A stretch of DNA of 64,000 nt from Bacteroidota bacterium (GTDB taxonomy: Bacteria; Bacteroidota; Bacteroidia; Bacteroidales; VadinHA17), in assembly GCA_034659275.1 (NCBI GenBank), contig JAYEGY010000122.1, positions 29,512 through 93,511 of the forward strand, read 5' to 3'. The position numbers were made by a program, and so were the translations under genes. Positions within the stretch are counted from its first letter, which is position 1; every line of letters begins with the position of its first letter. The notes under the pieces are model-generated. The model ran no database searches, was not told the DNA's origin, and was given only the letters and a program-made list of their open reading frames with translations. Below are positions 57,638 through 64,000 of the stretch, piece after piece.

Positions 57638-58387
57638 ATGATTAACAGAATCTTTCTCCTCGCCCTGATAATTGCAACGGCTGCCGGTTGCCGGGATGCG
57701 GACAATGATAAGAGCCAGGCAGATGAAGAAAAAGCCGCCGACGATGTACAGGTCGTGAAATACTATAACGAAGGCAGGCTTGTGAAGGAAGTGACTTTCA
57801 AGGATAGTATAAGAAACGGCATCTGCCGTAATTATTACGACGACGGCAGGTTGAAGAGAACGATATGGTATGAGAACGGGCTTAAGGAAGACACTGCCAA
57901 ATGGTATTATCCCGAGGGTATGGTATACCGTGCCACCCCTTATAAGAATGATAAGATACATGGCGTACAGACTAAATACTACAAGTCAGGCCGTATCCAG
58001 GCCACCCTCCCCTATAAAAACGGGCTCAGGACCCCGGGGCTTAAGGAGTATCTCCCGGATGGAAGGGAAGTGGAATCATACCCCACCATTGAACATACCA
58101 TAAGGGACCTGACAGATACCCAGGCAGATGCTGTGAGAGTATTCACCCAGCTTAGCAACGAATCAGTAAATGTAAGATTCTACCGGGGCTCGCTCATTGA
58201 CGGTTCTTTTGAACCTGATAAGTGCACAGATATCACAACATCATCAGGCAAGGGCTTTGTTGAACTCAAGCCCAACAGTGAAAAAGGTAAAGGATACGTT
58301 AACATTATTGCAGTATACACGACCAGGTTCAGAAATAAGAAGATAATAAGCAAAAGAATAAAATTACCCTATAATAATTTATACTGA
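57638..58387 (+). CDS. Lipoprotein with MORN-variant (YwqK-like) repeats
   Basis: Lipobox 'TAAGC'. The repeat 'Y..G.L......Y.NG...G' recurs ('YYNEGRL', 'YYDDGRL', 'YENGLKE', 'YKNDKIHG', 'YYKSGRI', 'YKNGLR'). An alternative start is at 57605. Confidence 0.6.
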   Translation: MINRIFLLALIIATAAGCRDADNDKSQADEEKAADDVQVVKYYNEGRLVKEVTFKDSIRNGICRNYYDDGRLKRTIWYENGLKEDTAKWYYPEGMVYRATPYKNDKIHGVQTKYYKSGRIQATLPYKNGLRTPGLKEYLPDGREVESYPTIEHTIRDLTDTQADAVRVFTQLSNESVNVRFYRGSLIDGSFEPDKCTDITTSSGKGFVELKPNSEKGKGYVNIIAVYTTRFRNKKIISKRIKLPYNNLY

Positions 58388-58770
58388 TGAACATTGCGAT
58401 TAAGGAGGGTGAAAAAATTGAACTCAAAACGACAGTCAGAGAAAATGACACTGCAAGAGTCCATGGTTCTGGCCTGCTGGATGTGTACTCAACACCAGCA
58501 ATGGTGGCATTCATGGAAAAAGCATCTATGGAACTTGTACAGCCATATCTGGAAAAAGGCTATAGCACTGTAGGTATATCGCTGGACATCAGTCATACGA
58601 AAGCCATACCTGTTGGAAAGAAGATAAAATGTATCAGCAAATTGAAGGCTGGTGAGGGTAAGCAGCTCACTTTTGAAGTAAAAGTATTAAGGGGAGAGAA
58701 CCTGGTGGGCGACGGCATACACAAAAGGTATATAATTGAAGAAAAACGGTTTCTCTCAAAAATAAAATAA
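58387..58770 (+). CDS. Hotdog-fold thioesterase family protein
   Basis: 127 aa. 'SGLLDVYSTPAMVAFME.A' resembles FlK-like/thioesterase hotdog proteins. Confidence 0.55.
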   Translation: MNIAIKEGEKIELKTTVRENDTARVHGSGLLDVYSTPAMVAFMEKASMELVQPYLEKGYSTVGISLDISHTKAIPVGKKIKCISKLKAGEGKQLTFEVKVLRGENLVGDGIHKRYIIEEKRFLSKIK

Positions 58771-58774
58771 TTCG

Positions 58775-59371
58775 ATGATTATCCGGTCGGCCAGGTTCAT
58801 TAAAAGCAGTACAAAATTAAATGACTGCCCTGTGGCTGACAAGCCTGAATATGCTTTCATTGGCAGGTCTAATGTCGGAAAGTCATCACTTCTCAATATG
58901 CTTGCCGGAAGAAAAAAGCTGGCGAAGATATCATCCACACCCGGAAAAACCCAGACAATAAACCATTTTATCATTAATGACGAATGGTACCTTGCCGACC
59001 TGCCGGGCTACGGATATGCAAAAGCTTCAAAATCATCCCGTAAGCAGTGGTCAGGATTGATTGCTGACTATATCACAAAAAGGGGAAACCTGGTGTCGTT
59101 GTTTGTCCTTATTGATTCAAGGCACGAACCTCTCAAATCAGATTATGAGTTCATGGAATTCCTTGGCCTTAATGGGATTCCCTTTGCCAGGATATTCACC
59201 AAGTCAGATAAAGTTAGTAACAACAGGTTAGAAAGGATCAGGTCTGTTCATGATAAGTTCATGCTCGAAACATGGGAAAGCCTCCCCCCTGCATTCATCA
59301 GTTCAGCCGTTACCAAAAGGGGGCGTGAAGACATATTAAAATATATTGAAGAAACAATAACTTTTTTTTAA
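58775..59371 (+). CDS. engB: Ribosome biogenesis GTPase YihA/YsxC (EngB)
   Basis: G1 'GRSNVGKSSLLN', G3 'DLPGYGY' and G4 'TKSDK'. Confidence 0.9.
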   Translation: MIIRSARFIKSSTKLNDCPVADKPEYAFIGRSNVGKSSLLNMLAGRKKLAKISSTPGKTQTINHFIINDEWYLADLPGYGYAKASKSSRKQWSGLIADYITKRGNLVSLFVLIDSRHEPLKSDYEFMEFLGLNGIPFARIFTKSDKVSNNRLERIRSVHDKFMLETWESLPPAFISSAVTKRGREDILKYIEETITFF

Positions 59372-59402
59372 AAAAGCTACATTAAGGTAAATATGATTTT
59401 TG

Positions 59403-59410
59403 TAGTTTTG
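59403..59410 (+). promoter_or_regulatory. Candidate -7 box (TAGTTTTG) for prs
   Basis: TAnnTTTG match 39 nt upstream of ATG 59449. Confidence 0.35.
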
Positions 59411-59448
59411 CAGATAGCATAAAACCTGTTACTTAAACCGAAACCTCC

Positions 59449-60387
59449 ATGAACGGAAAATCACCTTTGAAGATATTCTCCTGCAGAGCCTCCCGATACA
59501 TAGCTGATAATATTGCCAAGCACCTTGGAGTAAGGCTGGGTGAGAGCAGCGTAACAGAGTTCAGTGACGGTGAATTTCAGCCCCGTATCGATGAATCAGT
59601 AAGGGGATGCTCGGTCTTCATCGTTCAGTCCACCTTCCCTCCTGCTGATAACCTGATGGAACTATTATTGATGATAGATGCGGCTAAAAGGGCATCTGCC
59701 TACAAGGTAATAGCTGTAATACCTTATTTCGGCCTGGCACGCCAGGACAGGAAAGACAGGCCCAGGGTGTCAATAGGGGCAAAAGTGGTTGCTGACCTCC
59801 TGGAATCAGTTGGAGTCGACAGGGTAATGACCCTCGATCTTCATGCCGACCAGATACAGGGATTCTTCAACGTACCGGTAGATCACCTCTATGCTTCATT
59901 CCTTTTTGCCAATTACATTAAGGAAATGAACCTCTCTAATATTACAATCTCCGCTCCCGACATGGGAGGCTCAAAAAGAGCTAATGCTTATTCACGACAC
60001 CTTCAGTCTGAAATGGTACTAAGCTATAAACTCAGGAAGAAACCAAATGTAATAGAAGAAATATCAATTATAGGTGAGGTAAAAGACAGAAACGTTATTA
60101 TTATTGATGACATGGTTGATACAGGAGGAACCATGACACTGGCTGCACAGGTAATAAAAGACAACGGGGCAAAAAGTATTAATGCCTTTGCCACCCATCC
60201 TGTGTTGTCGGGTCCGGCTTACGAAAGAATAGAAAAGTCACCCATAGAAAAACTAGTTGTTACCGATTCAATACCAAATGTAAGACCGTCACCCAAGATC
60301 GAAGTGATGTCTGTGGCAAAGCTGTTTGCTGAAACAATAGATGCAGTTTATCATAATGAATCCATAAGTACTGGCTTTGTTTTTTAA
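59449..60387 (+). CDS. prs: Ribose-phosphate pyrophosphokinase
   Basis: 'DLHADQIQGFF' and the PRPP loop 'IIIDDMVDTGGT'. Confidence 0.9.
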   Translation: MNGKSPLKIFSCRASRYIADNIAKHLGVRLGESSVTEFSDGEFQPRIDESVRGCSVFIVQSTFPPADNLMELLLMIDAAKRASAYKVIAVIPYFGLARQDRKDRPRVSIGAKVVADLLESVGVDRVMTLDLHADQIQGFFNVPVDHLYASFLFANYIKEMNLSNITISAPDMGGSKRANAYSRHLQSEMVLSYKLRKKPNVIEEISIIGEVKDRNVIIIDDMVDTGGTMTLAAQVIKDNGAKSINAFATHPVLSGPAYERIEKSPIEKLVVTDSIPNVRPSPKIEVMSVAKLFAETIDAVYHNESISTGFVF

Positions 60388-60407
60388 CAGTATTTATCCT
60401 ATATTTG
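60376..60407 (+). promoter_or_regulatory. Candidate Bacteroidota promoter (-33 TTTG, 20-nt spacer, -7 TATATTTG) for rplY
   Basis: TTTG at 60376-60379 and TATATTTG at 60400-60407. This leaves a leader of about 85 nt. Confidence 0.45.
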
Positions 60408-60498
60408 CAGGCCAAATTTTAACTGAAACATTTATTGTCAAACGTGTGATGGGAGATCATAATAAGATGATCTTGAGTAGCACAACAAAAGAAGACAA

Positions 60499-61176
60499 AT
60501 GAGAACTCTCGAAATTATTGCCGAGCAAAGAAATCAAACAGGGAAAAAAGAAACAAGGAAAATCAGGAATGAAGGTAATGTGCCATGCGTGATGTATGGA
60601 GGTATCGAAGTAATACACTTTCATTCACACGAAAATAATTTTAAAGAACTGGTATATACACCTAATGTTTATATTGTAACCATTAATATAAATGGTAAAA
60701 AGTATAAAGGAGTACTTAAAGATATCCAGTTTCACCCTGTCACTGATAAAATAACTCACATCGACTTTATGGAGGTGTTTGAGGACCAACCGGTGACTAT
60801 CATAGTGCCTGTTAATCTTATCGGTGAATCAGTCGGACTGAAAGGAGGTGGTAAATTAAGGCTTAAGAGAAGGCGGCTGATCATCAAGGGAAACATTGAT
60901 AAACTGCCCGATAAGCTGGATATTGACATTACCAACCTGGATATAGGCCAGACAATAAAAGTACATGAGCTCAACTATGAAGGTATCGAAATACTTGATC
61001 CCCCCAGGGCCATGGTTGTAGCTGTTATTTCATCACGACTTGCAATGAAAGGGATGGAGATTCCTGAAGTTGTTGAGGAAGAAGCTGAAGGTGAAGTAGA
61101 AGGTGAAGAGGCCGAAGAAGGAGTTGAAGGCGCTGAAGCTAAAGAAGAGGGAAAGGAAGAAACCGAAAGCACCTAG
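60499..61176 (+). CDS. rplY: 50S ribosomal protein L25/Ctc with an acidic C-terminal tail
   Basis: 'R...GK...R..R..G.VP.V.YG' N-terminus, a Ctc-type second domain, and an E-rich tail. Confidence 0.85.
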   Translation: MRTLEIIAEQRNQTGKKETRKIRNEGNVPCVMYGGIEVIHFHSHENNFKELVYTPNVYIVTININGKKYKGVLKDIQFHPVTDKITHIDFMEVFEDQPVTIIVPVNLIGESVGLKGGGKLRLKRRRLIIKGNIDKLPDKLDIDITNLDIGQTIKVHELNYEGIEILDPPRAMVVAVISSRLAMKGMEIPEVVEEEAEGEVEGEEAEEGVEGAEAKEEGKEETEST

Positions 61177-61208
61177 TACAATCTGTTTAACTATAAAAAT
61201 CCCATACC

Positions 61209-61820
61209 TTGAAATACTTAATTGCGGGCTTGGGAAATATTGGTGAGGAATATATCAATACCCGCCATAATATTGGTTTCATAATACTGGATGCCTGGGC
61301 CAGAAAATTAAATATTTCTTTTACTGACAGGCGTTATGGTTCTGTTGCTTCCGTAAAATTAAGGGGACGCACCTTTGTCCTGTTAAAGCCATCAACATTT
61401 GTCAACAGGAGCGGGAATGCAGTCAGGTACTGGCTGAAAAAAGAAAAGATAGCCGAAGAAAACCTGCTTGTCCTTGTGGATGATCTGTCCATTCCTTTCG
61501 GGTCAATGAGGTTGAGAGCCAAAGGAGGAGACGGTGGGCATAATGGCCTTGCGCATATCAACATGATACTGGGGCACGGTAACTATGCAAGGCTGAGATT
61601 TGGCATTGGTGATGACTTTATGACCGGTGGTCAGGTTAATTATGTGCTGAGTAAACTAACTGAAGAAGAAGAGAACATATTAAACAAAAGACTTGAACTG
61701 GTCTTTGAAATAATTCAGTCTTTCGGTACAATTGGTATTGAACTGACAATGACAAAGTATAATAAAGAGGCAAAATCACTGGATGATGGGGAAGAAAACA
61801 GCGGAAGATCAGAGGATTGA
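61209..61820 (+). CDS. pth: Peptidyl-tRNA hydrolase
   Basis: 'LIAGLGNIG..Y..TRHNIGF' and 'GGHNGL'. TTG start. Confidence 0.9.
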   Translation: MKYLIAGLGNIGEEYINTRHNIGFIILDAWARKLNISFTDRRYGSVASVKLRGRTFVLLKPSTFVNRSGNAVRYWLKKEKIAEENLLVLVDDLSIPFGSMRLRAKGGDGGHNGLAHINMILGHGNYARLRFGIGDDFMTGGQVNYVLSKLTEEEENILNKRLELVFEIIQSFGTIGIELTMTKYNKEAKSLDDGEENSGRSED

Positions 61821-62175
61821 CAAATTCCTGTGGTCGGTAAGGATATACAAAACAAGAAGCATTGCTACCGGGGCTTGTAAGAAAGGAAGGATAATTATTT
61901 ACGACATGCAGGTAAAGCCTGCCAGGCTGGTAACACCCGGTGAGATAATTAAAGTTAAAAAGCCACCCGTACTATATACCTACAGTATTAAGGAAATACC
62001 TCCATCCAGGGTCTCGGCCAAAATGGTGAATGACTATATTGAAGACCTGACCCCCGAAGAAGAAAAAATAAAACTGGATATGAAGCAAAAAACAAGAGCC
62101 AGGTATAGATATAAGGGCTCAGGGCGTCCTACAAAGAAAGAAAGGCGTGACCTTGATAAACTCATGGACTTTTAA
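61783..62175 (+). CDS. S4-domain RNA-binding protein (Hsp15/HslR-like)
   Basis: 'RIDKFLWSVRIYKTRS.A...C..G.I' is an S4 motif. The gene overlaps the pth 3' end. Confidence 0.7.
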   Translation: MMGKKTAEDQRIDKFLWSVRIYKTRSIATGACKKGRIIIYDMQVKPARLVTPGEIIKVKKPPVLYTYSIKEIPPSRVSAKMVNDYIEDLTPEEEKIKLDMKQKTRARYRYKGSGRPTKKERRDLDKLMDF

Positions 62176-62283
62176 TTAACAGCTAATTATTTAGTATATT
62201 GGAAGGTTTGAATTGAATATTAATACCACCACGGTGATTACATGGTAATGGCCTGACAGGCGGTAAAAAATATTAAAACAGGG

Positions 62284-63618
62284 ATGGGCAAACATAATAT
62301 TGAAAAAAAATCGGCAGGATACACCCTGGTGAAATTAATTGCCAAAGCCTGGCATAATAATATACATTACAGGAAAATAATAGTTATTGGCAGGGAGAAC
62401 CTGAAAGACAATTCTCCAAAGATAATTGCTCCAAATCACCAGAATGCCCTGATGGATGCACTGGCAATAGCATGTTCCACGAAAGGCCACCAGATATACC
62501 TTGCAAGGGCTGATATTTTTAAAAAAAAGTTTATTGCTTCCATACTTTATTTCCTTAAAATACTCCCCGTTTACAGAATAAGGGATGGATATCAAAGCCT
62601 TAAACAGAACAGCGAGATTTTCAGAAAAACAATTGATGTCCTGAAACATAATAAACCACTTGTCATCCTACCAGAGGGTAGCCATGCCGGTTTCAGGCGC
62701 TTGCGCCAGCTCAAGAAGGGCATTTTCAGAATTGCCCTGCAAACTGAAGCATCAGAAAATTTCACACTGGGCTTAAAGATTATCCCTGTAAGTCTTGATT
62801 TTTCCGACTACCATCGTTTCAGGTCTGTTCTGACTGTTATTTACGGAAAGCCAATTGTTGTAGAGGAGTACAGGGATTTGTATGAAGAAAACCCGCAAAT
62901 GGCATATAACTCTTTCAGGGACAGATTAGCGAAAGAATTAAAGAAATATATGGTCCATATTGAGTCAGAGGAAGACTACAAAGCTCTTAATGAACTCAGG
63001 GAGATAGTGAACGGGAAATATTCCACCAGGACCAGGTATCCCAAAGTTACCAGGGATAAGCAACTGATAAGACAAATGGAATTATTGCAGAAAAAAAATA
63101 CAGCCCTATACAAAAAGATATGCAAGAGGACAATTAAGATACGAGACCTGGCTGAAAAGCTAAATGTAGGGTATTATCACCTTAACAGAAAAAAACCACG
63201 GCTGGTATTCCAGGCCCTTGCAATTACGGGCCTGATTGCATTATCGCCATTTTTCATAGCCGGCTGGATATTAAATTATATTTTTTATAAAATACCAAAA
63301 CTACCACTTAAGAGTATAAAGGATACCATGTTTCATGGTTCAATACGCTACGCAATATCACTTGTACTGGGTATAATTTTCTTACCTGTTTATGCTGTTA
63401 TAGCTTTCTTACTCATACCACAGTGGTGGTTAGCACTTATTGTTATACTGTTAATAATACCGGCCGGGATATTTGCATGGAATTATGTTCTTATGTGGCA
63501 GAAATTACTTGAAAGGATAAGAGTCAGAAAATACGTAAACAGGAATAATAAAGAATACAGACAGCTCAAGGAAGAATATTCATGCCTTTTGGATGACATT
63601 AGCAAGTTAAGGGAATGA
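62284..63618 (+). CDS. Lysophospholipid (PlsC-family) acyltransferase with a C-terminal membrane domain
   Basis: 'PNHQNALMDA' (HXnD-type block), 'ILPEGSH', and two C-terminal TM helices. Confidence 0.65.
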   Translation: MGKHNIEKKSAGYTLVKLIAKAWHNNIHYRKIIVIGRENLKDNSPKIIAPNHQNALMDALAIACSTKGHQIYLARADIFKKKFIASILYFLKILPVYRIRDGYQSLKQNSEIFRKTIDVLKHNKPLVILPEGSHAGFRRLRQLKKGIFRIALQTEASENFTLGLKIIPVSLDFSDYHRFRSVLTVIYGKPIVVEEYRDLYEENPQMAYNSFRDRLAKELKKYMVHIESEEDYKALNELREIVNGKYSTRTRYPKVTRDKQLIRQMELLQKKNTALYKKICKRTIKIRDLAEKLNVGYYHLNRKKPRLVFQALAITGLIALSPFFIAGWILNYIFYKIPKLPLKSIKDTMFHGSIRYAISLVLGIIFLPVYAVIAFLLIPQWWLALIVILLIIPAGIFAWNYVLMWQKLLERIRVRKYVNRNNKEYRQLKEEYSCLLDDISKLRE

Positions 63619-64000
63619 AATACACCAACAAAGTATTCTGGGTGACAGGTGCTTCATCGGGTATAGGCAAAGCGCTTGTTTTCGAACTTCTGGACCGCGG
63701 AGCCACCGTAATAGCCTCATCTAACAAAGCCGATGAACTTGAAGCATTAAAAAAGAGCCCCCATGAAAAGATGCATTTGCTCAGTACAGTAGTCTTTGAT
63801 CTGTCTGAGATGAGCACTATTGACCTTATAGTAGCAAAACAGGTTGAGAAACACGGGCGCATAGATGTGCTTATTAATCTTGGTGGTGTAAGCCAGAGGG
63901 CAAAGATAACGGAAACACCTCTCTGGCTCGACAGGAAGATAATGGAGATAAATTATTTTGGCACCATTGCCCTGAGCAAGGCAGTGCTTCCCTATATGAT
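63615..64000 (+). CDS. Short-chain dehydrogenase/reductase, N-terminal fragment (3' end lies outside the window)
   Basis: My own translation gives 'MKYTNKVFWVTGASSGIGKALV...IDVLINLGG'. This is a TGxxxGIG Rossmann motif. The start overlaps the upstream stop as ATGA. Confidence 0.75.
   Translation, partial: MKYTNKVFWVTGASSGIGKALVFELLDRGATVIASSNKADELEALKKSPHEKMHLLSTVVFDLSEMSTIDLIVAKQVEKHGRIDVLINLGGVSQRAKITETPLWLDRKIMEINYFGTIALSKAVLPYM

Noticed and set aside
1-64000. CRISPR arrays, rRNA/tRNA genes, transposases, integrases, prophage or defence-island signatures
   Set aside because: I saw no spaced direct-repeat arrays, no tRNA-like cloverleaf candidates in the intergenic regions, and no ORFs with recombinase, transposase or nuclease-helicase defence motifs. 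Gene order in 45-55 kb matches a widely conserved Bacteroidota housekeeping cluster.

Overview
This looks like a chromosomal segment of an anaerobic or facultative Bacteroidota genome, about 40% GC. The assignment rests on several lineage markers: T9SS components (PorP/SprF, a type-B C-terminal sorting domain, a plug-like protein), TAnnTTTG-type -7 promoter boxes, Na+-NQR, the futalosine pathway and KorAB. I found no rRNA, tRNA, CRISPR array, transposase or integrase.

Gene content, left to right:
- NhaC fragment, fused 2-oxoacid dehydrogenase E1 alpha/beta, and a small Cys-rich membrane protein.
- apbE plus nqrFEDCBA.
- A T9SS plug-like protein.
- A roughly 10 kb single-strand tungsten/molybdenum block: moaB, moaC, moaA, moeA, a WtpABC-like transporter, a ModE HTH-only regulator, ppnP, a secreted two-domain protein, and a 717-aa aldehyde:ferredoxin oxidoreductase (AOR).
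- A divergent DUF364-ThiF-ThiS-like operon.
- An ftsB-like gene, a GT2, an OmpH-like protein, PorP/SprF, a PKD/type-B-CTD protein and an ECF sigma factor.
- Proline dehydrogenase, nitroreductase, SOD, mqnD/mqnB, queD/folE and fabD.
- Two tandem giant receiver plus PPDK-type ATP-grasp paralogs, then korBA.
- The conserved murI, ompH x2, bamA, uppS, DUF6089-like x2, nadK, CBS / pdxJ cluster.
- Housekeeping genes: udk, manA, engB, prs, rplY, pth, an S4-domain protein, an acyltransferase and an SDR.

Most worth a second look:
1. The tandem 1003-aa and ~1150-aa receiver/ATP-grasp proteins, which lack a phosphohistidine domain.
2. The DUF364-ThiF-ThiS operon and the secreted tandem-domain protein that flank the AOR, in a cofactor cluster where I see no moaD or moaE.
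3. A GC-rich 111-nt island bracketed by 13-nt direct repeats, sitting between the divergent AOR and DUF364 promoters.
4. A 109-nt element downstream of udk whose long stem favours one strand.
5. An ECF-sigma-linked, membrane-anchored T9SS type-B cargo next to PorP/SprF.

All functional calls come from reading motifs by eye and from remembered family signatures. No database search was run.
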